DNA of 63,397 bases, filler included, from Choristocarpus tenellus KU-1152 (taxonomy: Eukaryota; Protista; Phaeophyceae), in the NCBI GenBank assembly GCA_964200185.2. It is 10 parts of 10 records of this genome, joined end to end, with 100 filler letters (N's around TTAATTAATTAA, not from the genome) between each part and the next. Parts side by side here need not be neighbours in the genome. Positions count along the whole stretch, not along the records: positions 34,636 to 42,009 come from CAXNAD020006248.1; positions 42,110 to 45,936 come from CAXNAD020017702.1; positions 46,037 to 52,812 come from CAXNAD020007373.1; 7 more parts are not named here. One strand, given 5' to 3'. A program made the translations under genes and the position numbers. Below are positions 38,885-50,900 of this stretch, piece after piece (position 1 is the stretch's first letter; each line of letters starts with the position of its first letter). The notes under the pieces were generated by a model. The model searched no databases and was not told the origin of the DNA. It saw only the letters and a list, made by a program, of their open reading frames with translations.

Positions 38885-41200
38885 ATGGGCGCTAAGAAGA
38901 AAGCTGGGGGAAAGGCGAAGGGGAAGGCAAAGAAAGAGAAGAAACCCAAGGCGGACGTTGGTGAAGCTGTCAATGAGGCCGAGGAGGCAGAGAGAAAGGT
39001 GCACAGAGAACTACAAAAAAGTCGCGTACGTGTCGAGATAAAAGTCGAACGGTGGATTTTGATTATTACGAAGTTTTATCCTGCCTAATACTGATATCAG
39101 TGGAGAATTTCAATGGGACTTTCTAATCTGTAGTGTATGAATATATATGCGTATCTTTTGTGCGTATGAATGGGAACCTCAAGTCTCGCTATGGATTAAA
39201 TCAGATCACGACCGTGATGGTTGCGCACGAACAATTCCCCTACACGTTTTACCACGCCCTGAACTGCACCAAAGGCCTACAAATCAGGTCCTGGTATCGA
39301 GTCCTAGAGCTAGATGCATCTTTCCGCATTGGACCTTAAGGCCCCTCGAGCCATCTTCAAACCAACTCGTTTTTTTCCATTCCTCGTCTGCTATGACATC
39401 TACAACTCTCCCCAAACCAAAAATCAATCCTAACCCATCGCCCACGTCCCATCGACCTACCTGTCCATTCTCCTCTTGCGAAAGGGTCTCACCATCGAAG
39501 CAGACCGAATATTCAAGAGAACAGTCAAGGAGGACCATGACTTCAATGACTTTCAGCAACAAAGAGAAAAGGTAGGCAGGCAATGGTCTGGTGCGACCAT
39601 TAAGTTTCCTGGGGGAAGAGGAGAGAGCCTGTTGCCACGTAATGACATTTTCCTCTCACTCTTTTCCCCTTGGGAGTCTCTGTTCTCTAGAAGCTTCGGC
39701 TAGGGTTACTTTTCAGATCCTAACCATTCTGAGGACAACCTGGTTCTTAGACCAGCAGAATTGAGAACAAGTAGAGGGTCAACTAGGTATCCTCTTGATC
39801 TATGGTGAAGGGCACTTGCTGTGGAGAATAATGCAAGGTGTATTCCATCACTTCGTTCCGCAGAGGGTATATTAACGTGATCCCACCAGCCAATATGATA
39901 CCGCACTGTTTGAGTCAGAGTGAGAGAGGGAAACAGAGAGGTGAAAGCTAGTGGACTAGTTTGGTGAGATTGGGCAGGAACAAGTTCCTTGTAGATTGCA
40001 AGACACATTCTTCCAGAGTAGCATCCAATGCTCATCGTTGAGCGCCCCCATCTCGTAATTCGAAATTAGTTGGTATTTCCCTGAGGACAAGATGCATAAT
40101 TCTAGCATTATCCCACACAATGCATGCTAATTAATGCTGGAGAGTCCTCAACAGGTTCATTTCTAAAGTTCTCAACACTATGGCACGGGTGATGAGCCAT
40201 ACCCTCACAAATCTTCAGCCGCAACCGATTTTTTTTAGAGAGGGCACAATAACCCCTCTGATCCTGTCCCATCCTCTCTTCGAGGGGGGTCTAGTTAGGC
40301 CCCCTTGACCATTCAGGACTTTTTGAATCTTCTAGCTCGCACCCCCTTCCCATGCCTGAAATGTGTTTAATCCCCCACAGAAGGCCGTAACTGTAGAAAG
40401 AGAATACAAAGGCACAAAATCGCCATCTGGAGTGGTAGTAATAGGACATGTACCATACATACGGCAGTTACAGGGACCCCAAAAACTCAATCGCTCCACC
40501 TCTAAGATAGGATGGCTCTTTTGAGGCTTCAATAAAATTGATTTGTGCGCAACGATAAAGAGAGATTCAAAACACCAGCAATCGAATCTCCATGCCAAAA
40601 GTGCAGTTCCTATTATAGTAGTAGGCGGTTGATGCACCCCCACTGCCAATGACCGGCATTTCTCTTGATTATATGGACATGCCATATGGCATTGCATCTC
40701 TGCAGTGTTGGCTTCATCCTGCAATCTTTAGCTGGTTAATTTTGCCAAGGAAATACACACACATATATATATATATATCCTTCTCAGTCATGATCCCATC
40801 GTGGAACAGCAGAGTATCCACAATATATTGTGAAGATCTAAGGTCTAACAGTTCCTTTCTTCGGACGAAGAAAGCGTTTGGAACGTTAGATTCATACAGA
40901 TATATATATATATATATATCCCCTCCTTTTCTATACTAGGTGCAAGTGGTGTAACATGAACTTAGAGTTTTTTTTTCTCACACTGCGCTTGCAGTAATTC
41001 TTTTATTCTTTATTTTTCGTGCCGCTATATTAAAATACATACGTTATACGGTTTTTTTTTTAATGTCTCAACTGTTGTTGTTTACATCCCGTCCCTAGTT
41101 GAACTATTTCTGGATCGTTGAGAAGAAGCACTTGGAGGACAAGGTGGCGGAGCTGAGGAATAAGGAAAGGGAGTTGCAGGACCTGGAGGAGAAGCACCAG
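38885..41200 (+). CDS. GAS8: Dynein regulatory complex subunit 4 (GAS8/trypanin), 5' part; exons 38885-39025, 39485-39571, 41099-41200
   Basis: K-rich N-terminus, then FNDFQQQREKLNYFWIVEKKHLEDKVAELRNKERELQDLEEKHQ, matching the GAS8 motif (NYFQLERDKI..FWEI...LEE.KAELRNKDREMEE.EERHQ). Phases are consistent. Confidence 0.92.
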
Positions 41201-41549
41201 GCAAGAAGCTCTCCGCGAGGCTTTTCTTTTCTGTCCTACTGATAAAAGCGTCCAGCTATTGCTGGGTGCTTAACATGATACCATTGAAGGGAAATTTCTT
41301 TACTGCTGCAAAAACCAAAAATTGCTCATCTTAGAAAGTACTTTTTTTTTGTTTCTCTCTTTTTTCCTCCTGTCTATCCCCTAGTCTTGAATGGACTCAC
41401 TGCATCGTGAAACACGCAATCCTTGTCCAAAAACAATCCAAACACGACCACCCCAACCCAACAATGTGCAGTAGGCATATCTAGGCACATGTAGAAGTGC
41501 ATGTGAGTCAAAGTGAAGAGAGAGAGAGAGGCGCCCAGGTTTTGACTGT

Positions 41550-41780
41550 GTTCCATTTTTCATTTTTAAGTCTGTTTTTTTTCAGTCTTTTGCAATTCAC
41601 CCGCATTACTTACTACTATGGATTAAGTTCTAAGTTCTACTTGAGAGCGTTTATTTCTCTATTGTTTAAAAAAAAAACACACACACACACCCGATACAAA
41701 TTCAGAAAAAAAAATCCGATCTATCTTGGTCAGCTGTTTTTGAAAAAATAGCATCTCTGCATTCAACAGAACAGAGTTTC
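41550..41780 (-). mobile_element. MITE family B, partial reverse copy
   Basis: TTTGCAATTCACC...AAGTTCTAAGTT...GAGAGCGTTTATTTCTCTA is the reverse complement of the family-B core. Confidence 0.65.
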
Positions 41781-41819
41781 TCGTCTCTTGCAAACAAGCC
41801 CCTGATTGCTGCAAGAAGG

Positions 41820-42009
41820 GAGTGAAAGTATCTTAGAGGGTACGAATTTTTCCCTGTTTGCCAATTTGGGGCTTGGCTTCCCATGTTTTTTTTAAAGGCA
41901 TTTTCCTATTCCAAAATGTTTCGGAGTAGGTAAAATGAGTACGTTATGAAAAGGGGTGTCCGGAACATAGATATTGACACTTCCTAACAAACACAATAGC
42001 CAAAATTAC
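41820..42009 (+). mobile_element. MITE family A, truncated by gap
   Basis: Left TIR plus internal sequence. Confidence 0.9.
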
Positions 42010-42623
42010 NNNNNNNNNNNNNNNNNNNNNNNNNNNNNNNNNNNNNNNNNNNNTTAATTAATTAANNNNNNNNNNNNNNNNNNNNNNNNNNNNNNNNNNN
42101 NNNNNNNNNGGGGTTCATGAGTGCAGTTTGTACCAAACTAGGACCTCATTTGCTGTCCCTAGCTGAATGACTGGGGTTTGTGTCAAACTCACAAATTAGT
42201 TTCATATATTCATACACTCAACGTTGTTGCCTGGCAGAAAAAAAAAAACGAAAGAATTCAGAAGGGCATTTCGTTGTGTTCCCCAAAAGTGTACGCATGC
42301 TCTTTGATTTTTTGTCAGTTCTCTGTTCTGACCACAGGTGCAACCATGACCACCTTCACTTCTAGTTGCAGCTACACCTCTCTACAATATTATTATCATT
42401 TTCATTATTAAATGTTGTAGATGTGCCGAAAATAGTGTAGTGCAGCGCAGTGGATCAACTACAGAGCAAAAAACACAATAGTGAATAAGCAGACATACAT
42501 ATATATATAGCAATATAAAAGATGACATTGGATATGCATTCCATACCCACAAATCACATCAAATCACATCACATCACATCACATCACACATGTACACTAT
42601 AACACTACAGCCCACACTAGTGC

Positions 42624-43209
42624 CAGGGCTTTCCACCAGACCAGCAGTTATATTAACTGACCGACTGTACTAGGGTCAGACTGCAGCAGGTCAGGTCAAA
42701 ACCTCTGACAGTCTAGACAGTCCTATTCTGGAAGATATATTACTGAGCCTGGCCTGTTGTAAGCTGGTCCAGTAAAAATCTCTTGGCCGTCTCAGAAAAA
42801 GAGAAAAATTTCTAACCGGATTGGTCCTGTCAAAATACATCGACCTGACCCCCAAATTGTTCCAAACACACGTGGGAATATACACGACACTTAAAAATCC
42901 CTTCAACCAAACATATTATCATTAAGTTGAGATAAAAAGGGGGTCATGACTGTGCTGACTACACACTGTATGTTTTTGCCCAGTTAAAACCAATGCCACC
43001 GCGACCATCCCCCCCAGCCCAGACCTGTTAAATCTTTGACAGCCCTTGTAGCAAATCACATTAACGTGTATTTACCGGGGCTGGCCAGCACACCCCGATT
43101 CCATTACAATCTCATAAACCCTTCACCTGCCCAGAGGTAATTTTTTTTTTACAAGTCCAGCCCACAGCCCGGTTCCTTCACATTTACTCGATCCAGTAAC
43201 AAAGCCCTT
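42624..43209. mobile_element. Old hAT-like TIR element (family E, TIR related to D)
   Basis: CAGGGCTTT...AAAGCCCT termini; internal similarity to 56425-57013 (ACCAGCAGTTA, CAAAATAC, CAAATTGTTCCAAA). Confidence 0.65.
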
Positions 43210-43309
43210 CCCTCTGATGATAGGGTAATACATGTAAAACAAACAACAGCTTCATGCAGACACTTCTCCCAACACAACTCTGGTAGCCCTTTCACCACGG
43301 TGGTCTCAC

Positions 43310-43492
43310 CTCCGCCTCGTTAGGGCTGGCAAGACCGTGAGGGCTCAGCTCTCCCTTGGCAAACCGTATGCTGTAAAAGTCCATCTGTTGCAGGTGCGAG
43401 AGCATTTTTTTTTTTCTTAGTCAACAGGTATTGGCGAAGATGTGGAAAAATCTCATTCTGTAGAGACAAATCGATTCAAAGCGCAGGAAAGC

Positions 43493-43545
<53 letters not shown>

Positions 43546-45936
43546 TTTCAAGGAATAGGGCATGCTTGAGTAACCAACCATACACCAAATGAGTGCTATG
43601 AAAAACACACACGTTCAACAAAGGCAAAACACTCGGACATTTGACATCGTGGTAGTTGTAACTCCCCCCAACCTCTGGTAGTCTTCAGCAACTCACCAAT
43701 GCCCTGATGGTGGCTACAAGTTCCTTAAGGTTAAGTTTACGGCAGTTCTGCGCAAGGTAGACAGGGTTCGTAGCCATGCGGTTGGACATGATGATGTACC
43801 ACCTGCACACACAGACACAAATAATAAACCAAGGTTAACAAGAGAAGAGCATGGACTAACAAATTAAGGAATTTTGATTCGTATTTTATATTTTGGCCGA
43901 TTTTCGAGGTTTGAAGAATTTTTGTTTTTTTTTGTTTTTGTTGTAACAACATATTTTATTTTATTTTTTATTAGAGAGGCTCTTCTGCAAAGGCAATAAA
44001 AACTAGCATGACAGAGAGACTCACTACCATGGGATGCAGTACAAATGATCTCCCCAACAACACCGACAAAGCTTTCTGCATTGACCTAACACTCTCAACA
44101 ATGTTTCCAGTCCATCTCTACCTTGTCGTCAACCACTTCCAAACCATTCCAAAAGTACCGCTTTCAATCACAAAGAAAATTCTGGGGGCACGAAAGCAAC
44201 GGAAACAAAGGGTCACCATGCACTCACCCACAACATCTAAAGGGGGGCATTAAGTAGCCTCAGGCCACACTCCTAGACAGCATCAACAAAAAATAGCTCA
44301 TCCTGTCTGACTTTCATACTATCATTCTTACAACAAAAGGAGATGCATTAACCCCCTTCCTACTTTCTATACTCTACTCCCTAAGAATCCTTCTGGATAT
44401 CGTACAAACCTGGCAATCCTCTCATATACCAAGATGCATGAGTTGGAGGAAAGTCCCACGATGGGATTGTAGCCCTGCATGCTGTAGTCACTCCTCACCA
44501 TTCGAGTTCGGTTCCAAACAAAGTCATACAGCTGAGGACAGGGAGCAATTGGGAGAGCATTGGGGATGTTTTTCACGATGGGGTTATTCTAAGTACCAGG
44601 GACATTTGAGTAATAACGTAGGGGGAGGGGGTATTTACAGTGACAACAACATAATGAACACTATGTAGGTAGCAATGGGCAAGAGGCAAAACAAGCACTG
44701 CAAAGGCAGGACTGGAAGGGTATACCCTGGTCAGATCTTGTCCTCTAAGAAACAGCAGCAGCGTGTGTGCGTGAACGGTGAGGTATCACATGGCATTATT
44801 CTATTGCCTTCAGCAGGCTACTCTCATGAAATTTCTTGCGTACGGGGGGTAACTATTAAGCAATACAACCTTGGTGACACTCATGCCACAGGGCAACATT
44901 TACACACATTGGCCAGGGTCAAACTGGTCACTCAAGAACACCATTGAAGTATACTACTCTGCCAGAACCCCTCCTATTTCCACACTAGTTTGCACAGATG
45001 GGGGGTATTACCTTAGTCATTTCATTGACTACTTCTCCCCTCAGCAGCAAAGGCATTGACTCCCCCCCAACTTGACTTTGTGGATGGTGGATGACTGATT
45101 GAAGTATATCATAGCAGTTATTATAGTACTACATTTCATTGAAACAGATTGTAAAGCATTCATAGTGGCATGAAAGCATAAAAAGAGCATAGAAAACGAA
45201 CATTAATTAATGTGAGGAAGGGGCACCAAAAAGTAGTCCAGAAAAAAAAAAATGTATATACCAAGTATCACTCAGGGTTAGCACAATAATCAACAAAGAG
45301 ATCCTCCAATCCCTCGCCAATCAAAAACAATAGGTTCACCTCATGGATAAGCTGCTCCTCTAGATTATGGTTCGGCCCATTGGGAGTATTCTTGGCCAGG
45401 TAACCTATCAGCCGCGGGTCATCTCCCCCAACACTGCTCTGGGGCTCCCACCCTTTATCTACACAGTTCTCCACTATATGGTCCATGGTCCGTGCTAACC
45501 ACTCCGGAGTGCGCAGCAGCTCCGGCTTGCTGATATCCAAGCCTGCTGCAGCCCGCTGATGCTTTTTAATCATTAGCTCAGACGCATGCCACGCTTCATC
45601 GGTACCCTCTCTCTTGAAGTCTGGGTGCTCACGCTCCAATACATCAAGGTTCCTGTCGCGCAGTCTCTCTGCCACCTCTGCGGTGGAACACATACCCTGC
45701 ACAAGGCCAACTGTCACCACAGCTTCACTTAAGGCCTTCCCCCGCCGTGTAACCATCCCCCCAGAATCTGCATCCCCTCCCCCTCCCCTCCCTGAGTTGC
45801 CACTCGTAGTAGCACTGGCACTGACACCGCCGCCTGTCCCAGCAAAGCGCTGCTCCCTTGCAGCAGCCAGCTTGGAGCGTGATTTTGCTGTAACCTGGAA
45901 GCTCCCCTGCTGGTCCTTGGCGGAGATACTACCTCC
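43310..45936 (-). CDS. SAC3: SAC3/GANP family mRNA-export (TREX-2) scaffold protein, internal part; exons >45936-45340, 44531-44410, 43802-43697, 43384-43310
   Basis: GMCSTAEVAER, MIKKHQRAAAG, LLRTPEWLARTMDHIV, LYDFVWNRTRMVRSDYSMQ, ERIARWYII and SPNEAE are the ordered SAC3/GANP motifs. All phases are consistent. Confidence 0.92.
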
Positions 45937-46036
45937 NNNNNNNNNNNNNNNNNNNNNNNNNNNNNNNNNNNNNNNNNNNNTTAATTAATTAANNNNNNNN
46001 NNNNNNNNNNNNNNNNNNNNNNNNNNNNNNNNNNNN

Positions 46037-46330
46037 GACTTGGAAGGCAGGGCCGGGGAAGGTACTCTCAGAGGCCTTTATTGAAGGGCTCAAACCCCCT
46101 GCGTTCAAGGCAGAAATTAACAACCATGTATCATGGGACCCTGAGCTCAAAAAGGATCCATACCAGATCTTTGAGGTGATAAAGGAGCAAGCTGAAAATT
46201 GGAGAACCTATGAGAGGACCCAGTCATACGAAAATAAAGAAACCAAGCAAGACGAAGATAAAGACAGGCATGCCAAGGGGAGGTACACCTAGTACAGGTT
46301 TGAGTGTAAGGAAGGACAAGTTTAAAGGGA
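46037..46330 (+). mobile_element. LTR-retrotransposon gag fragment (second copy, opposite orientation)
   Basis: Reverse complement of 46360-46589; reads KAGPGKVLSEAFIEGLKPPAFKAEINNHVSWDPELKKDPYQIFEVIKEQAENW. Confidence 0.7.
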
Positions 46331-46334
46331 CTCA

Positions 46335-47331
46335 CAACTTCGGCTTCCCCTCCTGGTGCTTGCCACCGGGTTCATCTTGCTTAGCTTGTTTTTTATTGAA
46401 TGCATTGACCCTTTCATACTTCCTCCACTTCTCAGCGTGCTCCTTTATCACCTCAAAGATCTGGTATGGATCATTTTTGAGCTCAGGGTCTCATGATACA
46501 TGGTTGTTAATTTCTGCCTTGAACGCAGGGGGTTTGAGCCCTTCAATAAAGGCCTCTGAGAGTACCTTCCCCGGCCCTGCCTTCCAAGTCTCCCACTACT
46601 TGTCCTGCATTCTGGCGGAAAGCACCATCCAGATTGTTATCTTCCAGATAACCCTCGATGTCTTGAATCACTCCCATGACCCGATCAGTGGCAGACCCTT
46701 CATTTCCCATCCGACCCAATCTATGCAAATCCCCTTGGATTCGCCCAATGTCGAAGGTTTTACTTTCGTCGTCGACTCTCGCCACCTTCTTGAGTGCCTT
46801 TAGGATTTGCTATTCGGTTGCTGCAGTCCAGCTATTTCTTAGTTCGTCCCTCACCAGTGTTTGTTTCTGAGCAACGTTAAGGACTCGAACAGAGTCATAA
46901 GTGCAATTTCCATACCTCCTTTTGAGTGCCGCACCTTAATGCTCAGCTCGTATCCGCGTCGAGCGGTCAGAAACTCCCTCACCTCCTTCTCTGCCAGTCT
47001 CTCAACCCGTGGAGGTTGAACATGCTGCGCAATCTGCAGCTTAGACCAATCGGTCTCACGCAAGCCCCCCCAGGCTGCGTCAGGTACATCTCTGTCATTC
47101 CTCAACATGTTGGACCCCTTCAATCTAGTCGCCCTGCTGGTTTCTTCCCGGTTGTGTGCACTCCAAGTCCCATCACGCCCCTGCGGTCTTGTGTTGACCT
47201 CCCCCAGCCAATTCTAGCGCTGCGCTTGATCCTATGGTCATTCTCGAGAATTCAATTGAATAATAGACAGCTCAAAGGCAGTAACTGATCTATAATGGCA
47301 AATAAGGACTCTAACCCAGGTTGGGGCTTAC
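46335..47331 (-). mobile_element. Decayed Gypsy-like LTR-retrotransposon 5' portion (gag with frameshifts; possible short TG...CA LTR remnant at 47331-47256)
   Basis: Intronless, frameshifted coding text (VQPPRVERLAEKEVREFLTARRGYE; DRVMGVIQDIEGYLEDNNL; AFIEGLKPPAFK) of gag type, duplicated locally. No pol seen. Confidence 0.65.
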
Positions 47332-47945
47332 AGCTCTGTTATTTGTTGAAGGAGTGAGGATAGGTGCTATACCTTATGTTCAAACACCAAACAATGCAAA
47401 CGCCTCAGCTGTTACAAAACCCCTTCATGCTGTTCAGATACCATACTCTCACGTATCAGCCATCATGTCAAGGCCTGCTCCGCTTGCTAAGCTAAGGGTT
47501 AGGGCACCCGTACTTTCAACACTGCGTCAAATTAATTACTAGATGAGCCATTTCGTGCCAATAAACCATTGTACTTTCTCCATCCAGTTACTTCAAGGAG
47601 TTAAACATTCCTCTGGACTACTGTAGACGATATATACGATACCCATGTTCCTATGAATACCCTATAAACGCAAAACATAACCAAGAGTACAAATCGACAA
47701 CACCTCCCTAGATTTTGGAAACCCTACTAGGGATCTTATTTAAGTTGCCAGAGTCTAGGGCAATGTATCACTAGACAGATATCACCCTGTTTTTCTGGCA
47801 ATTCTTAGATGATATGTTGCTCCCATAGCCTAGAACCTCACATCTAATTCATAGTTACTCATTCTCATAACAAAGCCTCTCAACAGTGTGAATGTACCTA
47901 CAATATCACACACATGACACCACTAATCCTGTTGAGTAGTCTCAC

Positions 47946-50900
47946 CTTCCTGCCTCCTCCTGTCTGCCATCTGTCCTGCTACCTTCTTGGCTATCAGCGA
48001 TGAGTCCATCCTCACATCTTCCTGTAACAAAACCCCTTCGCCTTCCCCACCGGCCATGGCTACTGGTGCTGCTGCTACTGTCTGAGAAGGGAGGGTTACC
48101 TGACCAACACAAGGGAGTATGTAGAGCAGGAGTGTGTTGTATTATTTACTATTCTGAATATTTGCTTGTATCACCCTGTCCACCATTCCAGAATAGTATG
48201 TTCAATAGACACTAACACTATTAATACTATTGCATCAACACTATATTCTGAACACTGAATTCGCCCTGGAAACTCCCCTTCCCCAACTTTACCCCTTGCC
48301 ATAATTTCACAAAGCCGCTGTGAAGAAGTTTCCAGATGCAGCCCACATACATAGGGTGTAATATTGAGTGGAAAACAAGAAATCAGCCTATCTGCCCAGC
48401 CATCTGTATCCAAGTCTGTATTCCATTACCAGAAAATACTTTCATTTCAGTAGGTACATCTAGCCTGTATTCTCGCATCACTAGCTCTTCATATCCTATA
48501 TACAAACTTTTGAGCAAGGGCAGGGATAAGATTTAAGATACTTCTACAAACTCTAACCCTGGTCTCACTGACTACTCACGGGTCACAACGGCTCTAACTG
48601 AATCCCACTGATCACCACCAACCACTCTCCATCTCGAGCGTCTGCTCCCCATCTCATACAGTGCTCGCACCACCCACAGATACCGTGGGTTCTACATCGC
48701 ACTGGCTCTAACCAGCTCTACCCCGCCTAGTCTCCACTAACTCTTGGTCTTATACCCCTGCTCACCCATCACACTCCACACATGTATTTCAACATCATTC
48801 CACACTACTTCTTTCAGTTCACTTTCTACTTCACAGAAGTAACCCAGAGTTGCTTGCACAATTGCTGCAGGTCCATTATGACCAATGACCACATGATGCA
48901 GAGACTTGAAAAGAAAACAAACAGTCGATTCAATTTTTTTGGCTACAAGACGCCCAGAGCCATCCAGAAAAATAAAGGGTAAACACAGTGCATACAAGAA
49001 AGATATTTCTCGTTGTGATAAACACTGACACCCCTGCCATTGGTACTCTCCTCTTAATGCAGCAGTCCGGACCACTATTGAAGGGTTGCTATCAAAGGGC
49101 TAGTATCAAAGGGGCAATATCAAAGGGCTACCATAAAAGGCACCAACATATTAGAGATCTATCAGGTCAGAATGTGTTGCTCATAGTAGAAACCTAAAAA
49201 AAGAGCCATCCTATCGTTGAAGGGCGTAACATTGAGTATTGGAGCCCCTCTGAACGCCTTCCAGTACCCTTGCTTCTAGCACTCTGGAGGGTCATTCTAC
49301 ACTAATGTGGACAAATACATTCGTTGCCTCTTCTACTGCCCAGCCTTCTCAGGATTAGGCTCAGGGTTGGCTGCTTTTAAAGCATGGTAAACAGGATAAA
49401 GAACAGAAGACTTTAATGCTCTCCTGCACACTTAAAAGGGTCTAGATAGATGCCTACTCTGAGACAGGATTACTTTAAAATGAAGCACCTGAATGGTAGT
49501 CCTGATTACATTCTTAATAAAAAATAAAAAATAGTAGTAATAATAATACTAACAATCACAATGTTGATAACAACAATAACAATAGCACACCGTCACATCT
49601 CTCTCTGGCGCAGCCCCCCCCGCCTCAATGCCATCCCGCTTGGCCCTAAGCTCCTCCAGACGCTTTTCCGTAACAGATTTCTCATTGGGTCCCTTGGGGG
49701 TGGGAGCAGTTGACACCATGAAAGGCTACATGGAAGTAGGGGGGGTGGGGAAGGGTCATACCATCAACAAATCACATTCTTGTTATTTCACAGTACACTG
49801 GACACCATATGAACAAGAAAGGAATGCCAACTTACTATACTCCATAAAACAAGAAAAAGTGTATCCTCAGCGCATCATGTGCTGGATATGACAAGTACCA
49901 GGTATACCTTGATAGGGCACTATTTGTCATATAGATGGTAAACGCTGATGATAGCAGAGTTGACAGATGCAGTGACTACCTCAATCAAGATATATAGCAA
50001 CATAAAAGGTAAGAACAATCTTGATGTGAACATCACAGTCGAGCACTGTGCTATATGCTCCATAACATACACAGTGCACTATACACTAATGTAGGATTAG
50101 TAGCACCCTTGGCAATGTTACACCATTATCTCAAGTACACACTACAAAACACAACCTAAAAGCAGTCCTATCAAAAACAACCAGCCAGAGCACACCCCTA
50201 ACTTCAAGCACTCAGAAATCCAGCTGAATAAGTACCTTGAAAGGATCAAATGTCTGACCTCCACCCCCCCCGGCACCTCCGCCTGCCCCTGTGCCTGCCC
50301 GAGAGTTTGCTACCTTGGGTGGGCGAGGAATTTGCTCTCTGGGCACCCCAGTAGCAATCGCACGCCCTTGCAGCAGCTGCCGAGCTTTCTGAAGGAGGGA
50401 GATATCTTCATTTTGTGGGTGAAGCACATAAATTCTGTCCTCCAATGGCAACAAGTGTGGAATCAGTTGGGCATCAGGGGGAAGTGGGGCAAAGAGATAT
50501 CAACCAACAATGGGGTGAGGGAGAGGGTTCACATAATTTCATTAGAGCTTTGGAGCGCCACAGGGCTATTGAAGCAATAATTGGAAGAGCTCCAGAATGT
50601 CACCAGCATTCAGCAGTGTTCCTCTTGGAACCATGTTACTCTAAGGCATTGAACTAATGATCAATATTGAACTCGCCAATCATGCTAATGAACCCTGGTG
50701 CTTCTCCAACTGCGAAAACTTCTTTTATTTAGAACCACTACGCACTACAAATCTCTCTCCTCTCGAGTCAAATTTCTGCCTGTACATACAATACCCACTC
50801 CTTTCAGACAAATTCTCCTCCACTACTGGATTAGATTGTGGTATGTCCACCACCACATCAGTTCTTGCAGAACAGGGTGCACTACACTACTACTATCATA

